DNA of 64,000 bases from Vicinamibacterales bacterium (lineage in GTDB: Bacteria; Acidobacteriota; Vicinamibacteria; Vicinamibacterales; CAVVIG01), in assembly GCA_040081555.1 (NCBI GenBank), contig JBEBGG010000002.1, positions 1,692 through 65,691 on the forward strand, in the 5' to 3' direction. A program made the translations under genes and the position numbers. Positions 1 to 8,976 of the stretch are shown here, in pieces. The notes under the pieces are model-generated. The model was not told the DNA's origin. It did not search any database and was given only the letters and a program-made list of their open reading frames with translations. Numbering within the stretch: the stretch's first letter is position 1; every line of letters starts with the position of its first letter.

Positions 1-947
1 ACGATCTTCCGCACGAGGAGGACGCCTACCACCTGCAGGCCAGACGCCACCATCAGCATGCGCTGACCAAGCGGGTTGGTCGCCAGCAGCTGCATCTGTT
101 CGGGATTGAGCAACATCAGTAGGAGGGCCAGCACGGGCGGCATGGCCGCCAACACGTAGGCCGTCATGCGTCCGTGTGCGGACTTGACACGAACTTCGCG
201 CTTGATCTTGAAACGCTCGCGCATGACCGAGGCCAGCCGGTCGAGCACTTCTGAGAGATTGCCTCCGGTCTCGCGCTGCGTGAGCACCGCGGTCACGAAG
301 AAGCGCGCGTCGAGCAACGGGATGCGCTCAGCAAAGCTCTTGAGCGCGTCGTTGAGCTGGCCGCCGTAATTCTGCCGTTCGAAGAGCAGCTTGAATTCTG
401 GGCCGACGGGCGACGGCATCTCTTCCGCGGCGATCTTGAGCCCAGTCGCAAACGCGTGGCCGGCCCGCAACGCGCGCGAGATCAAGTCGACGGCCTCGGG
501 GAACTGCTCCTCAAACTTGTGCAGGCGGCGAGCGCGTATCATTCGCACAACGACGAGAGGCAGGAAGCCGCCGCTGAGGGCGGTGAGCAGCGTGATCCAC
601 CAGACGCCAAGGTACTGCTGCGCAGCGAATGCGCCGGCCATGAAGCCAGTCCCCGACAGCAGCAGAAACTTTCCCAGCGAGAGTTTCAATCCCGATGCGT
701 CGAGCAGGGTCGTGAGCGACGCGAAGTGGCTCTCGAAATTGACCAGCAGCCGATTCAGCGCGGTGATCTCGCTCAGCGCCGCTTCTTCCTTGGTCAGCAG
801 CACCTTGATCTCGATGTTGCTCTTCTCGGCACGCAGACGCTTTTGCAGGGCCGCATGCTCGCGGTCCTCAGGAGCGGCGACGAACCACCAGTAGGCGCCG
901 ACAACCAAGGCGACGGTGGTAGCGAATGTGAGGAGTGGAATCAGCAT
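1..947 (-). CDS. tadB: Tad pilus inner-membrane platform protein TadB (T2SS-F family); 3' end runs off the window
   Basis: Absent from the ORF track because no stop lies inside the window. Manual minus-strand translation from ATG at 947 gives MLIPLLTFATTVALVVGAYWWFVAAPEDREHAALQKRLRAEKSNIEIKV... and stays open to position 1. N-terminal TM helix; sits directly downstream of cpaF (stop at 962). Confidence 0.8.
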   Translation of the reverse strand, partial: MLIPLLTFATTVALVVGAYWWFVAAPEDREHAALQKRLRAEKSNIEIKVLLTKEEAALSEITALNRLLVNFESHFASLTTLLDASGLKLSLGKFLLLSGTGFMAGAFAAQQYLGVWWITLLTALSGGFLPLVVVRMIRARRLHKFEEQFPEAVDLISRALRAGHAFATGLKIAAEEMPSPVGPEFKLLFERQNYGGQLNDALKSFAERIPLLDARFFVTAVLTQRETGGNLSEVLDRLASVMRERFKIKREVRVKSAHGRMTAYVLAAMPPVLALLLMLLNPEQMQLLATNPLGQRMLMVASGLQVVGVLLVRKI

Positions 948-961
948 GCGTAGCCTCTCGC

Positions 962-2296
962 CTAGGCGGCCGAACGGACCTGATCAAACATCTCCGCCGC
1001 CAGCTGACGGCCAGCCGTGAGAATCTTCTCGGCGCACTTGGGCCGAATACCAGTGGCGCGGAAGCGCCCGCGGACGCGGCCGTCTTCGCCAATGCCCTGC
1101 TTCTCGAACAGAAAGATTTCCTGTGTCGTCAAGACCTCACCTTCCATGCCGGTCACTTCCGTGATTCCGGTAACCAGCCGACGACCATCAGAGAGGCGCG
1201 CGACCTGCACGATCAGATGCACCGCGGAGGCGACCTGCTGCCGAATCGCTTTCTCTGGAAGATTCAGGCTGGCCATGGCGACCATCGTGTCCAGGCGGTG
1301 CAGGGCATCGCGGGCGGTATTGGCATGGATGGTGGTCAGCCCGCCATCGTGACCGGTGTTCATCGACTGCAGCATGTCGATGGCTTCTTCGCCGCGGATT
1401 TCGCCCAGGACGATCCGATCCGGTCGCATACGCAGGGCGTTGACCAGCAGGTCACGCTGCTTGATAGCGCCCTTCCCTTCGATGTTGGCCGGCCGCGTTT
1501 CGAGCCGGACCACGTGACGCTGACGCAGTGACAGCTCCGCCGCGTCCTCGATCGTCACGATACGTTCGCCGTCCGAGATGAAGCTGGACAACACGTTCAG
1601 CATCGTCGTCTTTCCAGAGCCGGTGCCTCCGGACACGATGATGTTGAGACGCGTAGCCACCGCGGCTTCGAGAAAATCGAGCATCGCCTGGGTCATCGAC
1701 TCGCGAGCCACGAGGTCCTGAGCGGCCAGCCGATCGGTGCGAAATCGGCGGATGGACACACATGGGCCGTCGAGCGCCACCGGCGGAATGACCGCGTTGA
1801 CACGAGACCCATCAGCCAGGCGAGCATCGACCATCGGACTCGATTCGTCGATGCGCCGGCCGACGGCGCTGACAATGCGCTCGATGATCCGCATGAGATG
1901 ACGGTCGTCCTTGAAGACGATATTCGTCAGTTCGATCAGGCCATTGCGTTCCACATAGATCTGGTCGTGCCGGTTGATCAGAATGTCGGAGATTGCCGGG
2001 TCTTTGAGCAACGCCTCGATCGGGCCGAGACCGAACAGCTCGTTGAGAACGTCCGTGGTCAGGGCCTCACGTTCCGCAAAGCTGAGCGGGGTCGTCTCGG
2101 CTTCGCGTGTGAGCATCGCGCCGATGAGGTTGCGAATCTCTGGTTCCGCTTCTTCGCGTTTCACATAGGCGAGGCGGTCGAGGTCGAGGCGGTCGAGCAG
2201 CGCCTGATGAATGCGGCTCTTGAGCTGCTGATAGTCCTCGCGCCGAGTGTCCACTTCCAGCGCGGGACGGGAGGTTGGGGCAAACAGTGTGTTCAT
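962..2296 (-). CDS. cpaF: Tad pilus secretion ATPase CpaF/TadA (VirB11-type)
   Basis: 444-aa ORF with Walker A '[13 protein letters not shown]' and the CpaF-type C-terminal ATPase core. Flanked by cpaE and tadB. Confidence 0.93.
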   Translation of the reverse strand: MNTLFAPTSRPALEVDTRREDYQQLKSRIHQALLDRLDLDRLAYVKREEAEPEIRNLIGAMLTREAETTPLSFAEREALTTDVLNELFGLGPIEALLKDPAISDILINRHDQIYVERNGLIELTNIVFKDDRHLMRIIERIVSAVGRRIDESSPMVDARLADGSRVNAVIPPVALDGPCVSIRRFRTDRLAAQDLVARESMTQAMLDFLEAAVATRLNIIVSGGTGSGKTTMLNVLSSFISDGERIVTIEDAAELSLRQRHVVRLETRPANIEGKGAIKQRDLLVNALRMRPDRIVLGEIRGEEAIDMLQSMNTGHDGGLTTIHANTARDALHRLDTMVAMASLNLPEKAIRQQVASAVHLIVQVARLSDGRRLVTGITEVTGMEGEVLTTQEIFLFEKQGIGEDGRVRGRFRATGIRPKCAEKILTAGRQLAAEMFDQVRSAA

Positions 2297-2322
2297 GAAC
2301 GAATTCCTTCGGCCTGGCCGGG

Positions 2323-3465
2323 TTACTTCCGCGCTGACAGCCAGCCGAACAGCCGGCCAGTATCCTCGGCGGTCTCGGTACCGGTGGTGGCCGTTGCCTT
2401 GCCCTCGAGAGACTTCGCCATCGCGTAGAACGCTTCGGCAAGCCGACCCTGAGATGTGGATGCCACGGGCACGCCCTTGTTGGCGGCCGACATGGCTTGA
2501 CGGTAGTCATTCGGCAGCACGTGCTCAATCGGCACGCTGACCGCCTTGGCGATGTCTTCGAGCGAGATCTCCGAGCTGCGGTCCGAGCGGTTGACGATCA
2601 CCTTGACGCGATCGCCGTAGCGCTGTTGCAGGCGCTTGACCAGCGGCTGCGCGTTCTTGACCGTCGGTAGTTCCTGATTGACGACGACGAAAATCGCGGT
2701 GGTCGAATCGAGTGATTCGAGCAACGCCAGGTCCCGGCGCGGCACATCCAGAATCACGAAGGGCTTGAATGAATGGACGAACTCGAGCAGTGTGCGAACA
2801 TGCTGGGGATCGATGCTGCCGGGCACCCGCGTTGAGGCCGCGAGCAGATCGAGTCCCGACTTGGTCTTGGTGAGCAGTCCGCTCAAGAATGCCGCGTCGA
2901 GACGATGCGTGTTCTCAAGCGCCTCAATGACGGTGAAACGAGGGGCCACCCCGAGGAACACGGCCGTGTCACCGGTGCCAACGTGCAGGTCGATCAGCAA
3001 TGTTTCACGCCGGCTGCGCGCCAGCGCTTCGGCCAGGTTGACCGCCACCGTCGTGGCGCCGACTCCGCCTTTGGCGCCAATTACCGCCACGAGATGGGTG
3101 TCAACGGTGGGCGTGACCTTTGGAACAATCAAGCGATCCAGCGAACTGCGGAGGGTGTCCGCGGTCAGCGGTTCGACCGCCACCTCGGTCACTCCGGCGC
3201 GCATCGCTTCAAGCATCAACTCCGGCTCAAAGGCTTTGGCGATGAGCGCGATGGCGGTCGACGGAAACCGCCGCTTGATCAGCGAGACCAGTGCCAGGTT
3301 GTTCCGGTCCGTGCGTACGTCGAGGAGCACGGCGTCCGGCATCCCCATGGGCCGGGTCGTGGTCAGCACATCTGGCTGGATCGACGCCGGCTTCATGCCC
3401 AAATCCTTGACGAGCAGTTCGAGCTCTCGCCCGTCTCCCCCGATGATTGCGACAGTGCTGCTCAA
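2323..3465 (-). CDS. cpaE: Pilus assembly protein CpaE/TadZ (receiver-like N-domain plus MinD/ParA-type ATPase)
   Basis: Deviant Walker A 'IGAKGGVGATTVAVNLAEALA'. The longest ORF (to 3585) would overlap cpaC by 83 nt. I prefer TTG at 3465, which is preceded by GAGG. Start is uncertain. Confidence 0.85.
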   Translation of the reverse strand: MSSTVAIIGGDGRELELLVKDLGMKPASIQPDVLTTTRPMGMPDAVLLDVRTDRNNLALVSLIKRRFPSTAIALIAKAFEPELMLEAMRAGVTEVAVEPLTADTLRSSLDRLIVPKVTPTVDTHLVAVIGAKGGVGATTVAVNLAEALARSRRETLLIDLHVGTGDTAVFLGVAPRFTVIEALENTHRLDAAFLSGLLTKTKSGLDLLAASTRVPGSIDPQHVRTLLEFVHSFKPFVILDVPRRDLALLESLDSTTAIFVVVNQELPTVKNAQPLVKRLQQRYGDRVKVIVNRSDRSSEISLEDIAKAVSVPIEHVLPNDYRQAMSAANKGVPVASTSQGRLAEAFYAMAKSLEGKATATTGTETAEDTGRLFGWLSARK

Positions 3466-3502
3466 GACCTGACCTCGTGCTCTGACCCTGACATGTGAGT
3501 GA

Positions 3503-4885
3503 TCAATTCGATTTCTTTCCGGCTGCCGCGGTGCCACCCCGCACACGGTTAAGCAGCGCGGACGCATCGTCTTGGAGAAACTCATCCGCGCTGGTCGGCA
3601 GCGTCGGCACTTCGTCCGGATTGAGCGGACGAACCAGGTGCGGTGTGACGAGTACCATCAGCTCGGTCTTCTGCTGACGGAGTGCACGGCTCTTGAACAG
3701 CGCGCCAATGATCGGCAAGTTGCCCAGGATGGGAATCGCCGAACGATCTGTCTGCGCGATGTTGTTCATGAGCCCGGCGATCGCAAATGACTGCCCGTCT
3801 CGAAGCTCGACTTCGGTGTCGGCCTTTCGCGTCGACAGGGCCGGGATTCTGAATCCGGAGAGCGTGACGCCATTTGCGAAGTCGAGGGTGCTGACCTCCG
3901 GTTTGATGTTCAGGCGAATCATGTCGCCCGCGATCGTCGGCGTGAAGGCGAGGCGGACTCCGAATTCCTTGTAGACCACCGAGACGGCACCGGCTCCGCC
4001 TGAGCCACCTTGCACCACCGGGACAGGGACCTCACCGCCGGCGAGAAAGCTGGCCTCCTTGCCGTTGTAGGCGATCAGGTTCGGTTCAGCGAGCGTCTGA
4101 AGCAGTCCTTTGGATTCGAGCGCCTTCAGCACACCACCAATGTTCTCCTTCGTGTTGAACAAGAAGATGTTTAGAAAGTCACTGAATGTCAGCTTGTCGT
4201 CTTCGAACGACGGCGCCGAGAATTGTTGGGTGCTGGTGCGGCCGACCCAGTCCCTGGAGCCCAAGGCTCCGGTGAAGAACGACACGCCCGATTCCCGCAG
4301 CGCCTGACGATTCACTTCAGCGAAGCGCACCTGTAGCATCACTTGCTGGCTGCCAAGGCCTGAGGGTGTCTGGAGCAGGTTGATCAGGGCCAGCTTCGGC
4401 GCGGCCTTGGAGGCAATCTGGCCCGCCTTCAGCATGACGTCGTTGCTCGACACGCCGCCAGACAGGGTCAGTGACTCCTCTGTCGTCGTCACGGTGATGT
4501 TCTCTCCGGGAAACTGGGAGCGCAGCAACTGCTGCAGGGGGCTGCTTGGCGGCTCGACGACAACGTCAAACTGCAGACGATTGGCGCCGGCTCCTCCCCA
4601 GACGATCAAGCTCACGGTACCGGCGGACTTACCGTCGACCAGCACCTCTCTGGGCGCCACAACGACGGCGTCAGCGATGGCGGGGTTGGTGATGGCGATC
4701 CGATTCACGTCGAACTCGGTCGTGACCACCGTCGACCGTCCGGCCATGACATTAATGCGGGCCACCGCGGGGGTCTGGGCCGAGGCGAGGCCGGCAAAGG
4801 CCAGCGTCAGGAGCGTGGCCGCGAGCGCAGCCAGTCGTGTGCGCATGGCCGCGCCTGTCGTGAATGTCGCGTGTCCGATACTCAT
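3503..4885 (-). CDS. cpaC: Outer-membrane secretin CpaC/RcpA
   Basis: 460 aa. Signal peptide (MRTRLAALAATLLTLAFAGLASAQ) and a secretin C-domain ('LGNLPIIGALFKS...TELMVLVTPHLV'). ATG at 4885 overlaps the cpaB stop (ATGA). Confidence 0.92.
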   Translation of the reverse strand: MSIGHATFTTGAAMRTRLAALAATLLTLAFAGLASAQTPAVARINVMAGRSTVVTTEFDVNRIAITNPAIADAVVVAPREVLVDGKSAGTVSLIVWGGAGANRLQFDVVVEPPSSPLQQLLRSQFPGENITVTTTEESLTLSGGVSSNDVMLKAGQIASKAAPKLALINLLQTPSGLGSQQVMLQVRFAEVNRQALRESGVSFFTGALGSRDWVGRTSTQQFSAPSFEDDKLTFSDFLNIFLFNTKENIGGVLKALESKGLLQTLAEPNLIAYNGKEASFLAGGEVPVPVVQGGSGGAGAVSVVYKEFGVRLAFTPTIAGDMIRLNIKPEVSTLDFANGVTLSGFRIPALSTRKADTEVELRDGQSFAIAGLMNNIAQTDRSAIPILGNLPIIGALFKSRALRQQKTELMVLVTPHLVRPLNPDEVPTLPTSADEFLQDDASALLNRVRGGTAAAGKKSN

Positions 4886-5766
4886 TGCAATGTCTCTTCG
4901 CTGCGCTTGGCTCCGCGAATCGCTTCGACGCTATAGCGGACCGGCGCTGGGGGAACAACAACTGGAGGGGGGGCGACGACGCGCACCGGCCGTGGGGCGA
5001 CGCGGACGCTCTTGTCGATCGCGGGCGTGGGCGCCGGCGGAGGAACGAGGAAGGGCTCGCCAAACAGTGTGGCCGTCTTGCTGCCCGGAGTTGTCGTCGG
5101 TTCGACGTCCATGGGGTTTCGGAGCGACAGCATGATCTGGCCGTCGTTCGAGGCCAGCACCACGCGCTCGGCGTCACTTGGTGCGAGGAGCAGCGTCACG
5201 ACGGAGGACGGCATCGCTTCAGCGGGTTTGGATTTGTCTTGTGCGTAACTGGTGCCCGCGGTCAGCACGGTCACGTTGCCGACCACCACACGAGTGACGC
5301 TGGTCTGGTCCTGCTGTTTCAGTGTCACCAGCACGTCGACTCGAGTGCCAGGCGTCACGAATCCGGCAACGCCGACGACCTCGTTGACGCGTACCGAGAT
5401 GGCGCGCATGCCGGTGGGAATGGTCGGTGGCAGGCCCGCACCGGCTTCAAGGGGCGCCAGTTTCGTTTCAGAAAGCGGCTCGTTCTCAAGCAGGGCGGAC
5501 ACGACGCCGCGATTGACAACCTGCTCGAGTTTCTCAAATGCCCCGGGCAGCTTAGCGCTTGACGGCCAGGCGACGAGCTTGACGTCGGCGTCGGTGACCC
5601 GGGCGCCAGCCGGAAGTGCATGGGTCGCCGCCACCACGAAGGTGTGCGCGACTTCAACCTCGCGGACCGGCATGCTCTTGACGGCGCGATAGACGCCGAA
5701 GCTGGCGAGCCCCGCGGTCGCAACGGCGATGACCACAACGATGAGCGTGCGTGAATTGCGATTCAT
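4882..5766 (-). CDS. cpaB: Flp pilus assembly protein CpaB (SAF domain)
   Basis: Internal ATG at 5766 gives 'MNRNSRTLIVVVIAVATAGLASFGVYRAV', the typical CpaB N-terminal anchor. Pro-rich C-terminus. The longer ORF (to 5853) overlaps cpaA. Confidence 0.88.
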   Translation of the reverse strand: MNRNSRTLIVVVIAVATAGLASFGVYRAVKSMPVREVEVAHTFVVAATHALPAGARVTDADVKLVAWPSSAKLPGAFEKLEQVVNRGVVSALLENEPLSETKLAPLEAGAGLPPTIPTGMRAISVRVNEVVGVAGFVTPGTRVDVLVTLKQQDQTSVTRVVVGNVTVLTAGTSYAQDKSKPAEAMPSSVVTLLLAPSDAERVVLASNDGQIMLSLRNPMDVEPTTTPGSKTATLFGEPFLVPPPAPTPAIDKSVRVAPRPVRVVAPPPVVVPPAPVRYSVEAIRGAKRSEETLQ

Positions 5767-5803
5767 AATCGAGAACCCTTCAGAGTCGTGTGCAACCTGA
5801 GCG

Positions 5804-6328
5804 TCAGTGCCACAGCAGGGCGCCGGCCGTACCCACCGCAATTGGCAGGGCATACGGCAGGCGAGTGCCGCGGGCTTGCGACAGCGTCAATTCCGACAGC
5901 GGACTGATGCCGGCGATGCGCCAATGGGTTAGTAGCAGCGACACGTTGGCGATAGCGTGCTTGAGATACCCAGTGGCCAGCGAGACGAGGATTGCCAGCA
6001 CGCCGCCGGCCACCATCGTGTACATCGACATCCAGAAGGCGTCGCGAGGCGCGATCCACGCGCCCACCGCAGCCGCCAGCTTCACGTCACCGGCGCCCAG
6101 GCCGCCAAGTGCAAAAAATGGAAGGAACAGCGCGCAGCCGGTGAACCAGCCTCCAGCGCTTGTCAGTAATCCCGAGACACCGTGTGTCGCCATCGCATAT
6201 CCGAGAGCAGCCGCGGCGGCGCCAAACGTCAGCGCATTTGGAATGCGCCGGGTTCGCAGGTCGAAACCCGAAGCCGCGAGCGCAACGGCGAGCGCGGCTA
6301 GATGTTGAGGTTGCAGACTTGCGTTCAT
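5804..6328 (-). CDS. cpaA: Prepilin peptidase CpaA (A24 aspartic peptidase)
   Basis: 'FDLRTRRIPN' and 'GLGAGDVKL' carry the two catalytic Asp motifs. Polytopic. I prefer the ATG at 6328 (MNASLQPQHL...). Confidence 0.88.
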   Translation of the reverse strand: MNASLQPQHLAALAVALAASGFDLRTRRIPNALTFGAAAAALGYAMATHGVSGLLTSAGGWFTGCALFLPFFALGGLGAGDVKLAAAVGAWIAPRDAFWMSMYTMVAGGVLAILVSLATGYLKHAIANVSLLLTHWRIAGISPLSELTLSQARGTRLPYALPIAVGTAGALLWH

Positions 6329-6375
6329 GTGCCTGTCTCTTGGTCTATGTTCGTGCTGTGACGCTGAGAAGTGCG

Positions 6376-6408
6376 GTCGGGCGGCCACTTATACGTGGCC
6401 GGCCCGAC
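6376..6408 (-). terminator. GC-rich hairpin just after the flp stop (partial terminator or mRNA stabiliser candidate)
   Basis: gtcgggcggccac / ttatac / gtggccggcccgac gives a 13-bp stem with a 1-nt bulge and a 6-nt loop. It lies 15 nt downstream of the flp stop on the transcribed strand. No U-tract follows, so it is not a canonical intrinsic terminator. Confidence 0.4.
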
Positions 6409-6422
6409 TCTTGGTGTTGCTG

Positions 6423-6596
6423 CTACGAGCCGGTCGCGACGCTGGTGCTGATGGCGGTGAACTGGCCGCTCAGTGCGGTCTTGACACCAGACATCGCCGT
6501 GGTCACACCGAGGGCGATGATCGCTGCCAACAGGGCGTATTCGATCAGGTCCTGGCCTTCCGTCTCCTGAATGAATCGAGCAAAGAACTTCTTCAT
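6423..6596 (-). CDS. flp: Flp-family type IVb pilin (57 aa), missed by the ORF track
   Basis: Manual translation: MKKFFARFIQETEGQDLIEYALLAAIIALGVTTAMSGVKTALSGQFTAISTSVATGS*. It has the Flp motif G/xxxxEY followed by a hydrophobic helix. AGGAG lies 8 nt upstream of the ATG. Position is first in the tad operon. Confidence 0.9.
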   Translation of the reverse strand: MKKFFARFIQETEGQDLIEYALLAAIIALGVTTAMSGVKTALSGQFTAISTSVATGS

Positions 6597-6694
6597 CTAG
6601 CTATCTCCTTGAACTGGGCTGTTGCCGATCGCGTCCGTCCACCGCGGGCTGCGGAGCGACGCTGAGTGTTCTATCGGCGATGGACGCGGTGAGG

Positions 6695-7984
6695 TTAGAG
6701 AGGAAATTCCGACGATTGCGGTAGCGCGCGGCGACGCGCTGATGTGAGAAACGCTGGCGCTTCAAAGGACAGCGCTGTGGCCACGATCGTCACAACCGCT
6801 AGGACGATCACCGATGGCTGGAGGTGCAACTGCGGAGCCCAGAAGCCCAGAGAGGGCGCCGCGAAACCCAGGATCAGAAGTGCCCCAAATCCTCGAGTCA
6901 CCGCCAGTGACATGTGGGATTCAGACAGGAAATCCCAGAGCAGAAGGCCCGCGGGCGTGAGGATGACGAGGTCGTACACGTAGATGTGTGGATTGATGAG
7001 TACGGTCGTTGTCATCAGCACCGTGAACCGAAGTCGCAGGTCGCCTTGACGCCGCCAACACGTGATCGCGATCGCGAGCGTGCACAGGGACGCCGCAATC
7101 GTTGCAGCCAGCAGCGGCGTCCCCTCGAGGCCCGTCATCTGGAAGAAGGCGCGCCAGCCGTGCAGATGACGCTTCTCCGGCTCAATCAGCATCACCGTCG
7201 ACGGAATTCGCCGAACCGCCTCGAGATACGCCGGCAGAACGGCGACTCCCCAATAGGCGGCGGCGGCGAGAAGCTGCGCGGCAGCACCAACGATTGCGCC
7301 CACCACGACCCGCCAATGGCCCGCGGCTACAAAGAGCAGCGCAGAGGCGAGACCGAGCTGTGGCTTGTAGAACAGACCACCAATCGCCAGTCCCGCAAGG
7401 AAGGGGCGATGATGGCGAAGGCCAAGGTAGGCCCCTCCGAAACACAGCAACGCCAGCGCGGAGGTCTGCCCATACATCAACACAAAATGAAGCGCGGGAG
7501 AGACGGTCAATAGCGCGAACACCTGCCACGCGCGAGACCGCAGATTCTGGCACTTCCGCCACACTGCCCACGCCGTGACGAGATAGAGCGTAGCCGTGAC
7601 CGCCATCCACACGATCAGTGCCGGCACATACGGCAAAGCCGCCAGGGGGCGGAAGAGCATCGCCACTTGCGGACCATAGGACGGCGGGAACGCCACGTCC
7701 ACGTAGGCCGGCACGTGCTGCATCAGCAGCAGTTTCTGGGCAGGCTCGTCAAAGAGGAGAGTGGCGTCGTGGATTCGCGCCACGGCGCCGAGGATGTAGA
7801 AATGCGCAAAGTCGCGAAAGACCAGCGCCGTCGGACCGAACCAGGTGAAGGGCAGCTGCTGAATGAACACCTGCCAGATGTAGATGGCCCAGAGATACAG
7901 GGGCAGCATGACGAGCTGGCTGCGAATTAGGCGATGCTGCGCCGGGGTCAATTCGCGGGCCTTCGTCTGCGGGCGTGGGTTCAT
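6695..7984 (-). CDS. Polytopic membrane protein, DUF2029/GT87-like (GT-C fold candidate)
   Basis: 429 aa with many hydrophobic helices by eye. An early loop 'FRDFAHFYILGAVAR' recalls PimE-type GT87 proteins. The ATG overlaps the stop of the upstream DUF362 gene (ATGA). Coding is confident; the family is recalled, not searched. Confidence 0.6.
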   Translation of the reverse strand: MNPRPQTKARELTPAQHRLIRSQLVMLPLYLWAIYIWQVFIQQLPFTWFGPTALVFRDFAHFYILGAVARIHDATLLFDEPAQKLLLMQHVPAYVDVAFPPSYGPQVAMLFRPLAALPYVPALIVWMAVTATLYLVTAWAVWRKCQNLRSRAWQVFALLTVSPALHFVLMYGQTSALALLCFGGAYLGLRHHRPFLAGLAIGGLFYKPQLGLASALLFVAAGHWRVVVGAIVGAAAQLLAAAAYWGVAVLPAYLEAVRRIPSTVMLIEPEKRHLHGWRAFFQMTGLEGTPLLAATIAASLCTLAIAITCWRRQGDLRLRFTVLMTTTVLINPHIYVYDLVILTPAGLLLWDFLSESHMSLAVTRGFGALLILGFAAPSLGFWAPQLHLQPSVIVLAVVTIVATALSFEAPAFLTSARRRALPQSSEFPL

Positions 7985-8976
7985 GGAGGATTCGGTAGTC
8001 GCAACCTCCGTATCGGCTCAATCACGTCGAAACTGGTGCTGAACCTGGCAAGCCGTTCGCCCCGCTGCTCGATGCGCCGTTCATCAATGTTACCGATGAA
8101 CTCGCTCGCCACCTTGAGATACGGCATCTTGTCCGGGTCGAGACCGATCAGCCGCGCGCACGTCGCGTCCACCGCTGGGAGATCGGTACCCATGGCGATG
8201 ACGCCGACGGGGCGCGGGCGGCCCATGATCGGCCCGTCGCCTTCCATGCCGACGATGCCATCGACGATCGACAGGGCCGGCCGGATGGTGGCAGTCAGAT
8301 CGACAATCGACTGCTCGATGCCATGGACGTGGAGCAGATTCTTCGGCCAACCATACACGGCGCCCGGCACGGTGCCGAACAGATTCTTCATGCTCGCGGT
8401 CATGCCAGCCCAGTGGTGCGTCTTCAACTTCGGCATAGTGACCACGACGTCAGCGTCGAGCAATGTCACTGGAAGCCATAGACTCTGCATGCCGGTGTAG
8501 CGGCTCTTCAGCGCGGTCTCACGCACGTCGTCGTGATTCAGATCAACAAACTGCAATCGGAGATCGCGAAGCACCTCCAACATGCCGGTGCCCGCGAGGA
8601 GGTATTCGACATCGCGGCGGTGGCCCGGGCCCTCACCAACGACCACCTGCTTCGCGCCTCGAGAGAGAAATGCAGTGGCGGCACCAGCCACGACCAGTGG
8701 ATTGGTGTTGATGGCCTTGTCGGCCTCGTACTCGACCATGTTGGGCTTGAGGAAGACGCGCTTGCCCCGGACGACGACGCCGAGCATGTCGAGACCGCGG
8801 CCGATCACATCAGCGAGGTCTGTATCGTAGGAGGCGGGCAAAAGCGCCACCGGCGAGAGGATCGACCGGGCGAAGTCTGACGCGAGATACGGCGCCTGGC
8901 GACAGGCGGCTGCCGCCGCCGCCCCAAGCGGCAGCGTCTTCAAAAAGGCGCGCCGCGAGAACTCAAGCCGGGACAC
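7981..8976 (-). CDS. Tat-exported DUF362 domain protein
   Basis: N-terminus 'MSRLEFSRRAFLKTLPLGAAAAAA' is a canonical twin-arginine motif (SRRxFLK). 'VFLKPNMVE', 'MPKLKTHHWAGMTASMKNLFG' and 'IVDGIVGMEGDGP' are DUF362-like. Confidence 0.75.
   Translation of the reverse strand: MSRLEFSRRAFLKTLPLGAAAAAACRQAPYLASDFARSILSPVALLPASYDTDLADVIGRGLDMLGVVVRGKRVFLKPNMVEYEADKAINTNPLVVAGAATAFLSRGAKQVVVGEGPGHRRDVEYLLAGTGMLEVLRDLRLQFVDLNHDDVRETALKSRYTGMQSLWLPVTLLDADVVVTMPKLKTHHWAGMTASMKNLFGTVPGAVYGWPKNLLHVHGIEQSIVDLTATIRPALSIVDGIVGMEGDGPIMGRPRPVGVIAMGTDLPAVDATCARLIGLDPDKMPYLKVASEFIGNIDERRIEQRGERLARFSTSFDVIEPIRRLRLPNPP

Noticed and set aside
391-953. Long plus-strand ORFs (391..894, 456..953) opposite tadB. 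Similar antisense ORFs lie opposite cpaE (2678..3472), the membrane proteins (9567..10295, 10673..11191), mnmG (37256..38041) and gyrA (49499..50179).
   Set aside because: They are Arg/Ala/Pro/Ser-rich shadow ORFs, typical of GC-rich DNA. Each lies antisense to a gene with clear family motifs, and none has a recognisable domain.
3466-3585. The 40-aa N-terminal extension of the cpaE ORF (MSFSKTMRPRCLTVCGVAPRQPERN...).
   Set aside because: It overlaps the 3' end of cpaC, is Arg/Cys-rich and is unlike CpaE N-termini. The TTG at 3465 with an upstream GAGG is more plausible.
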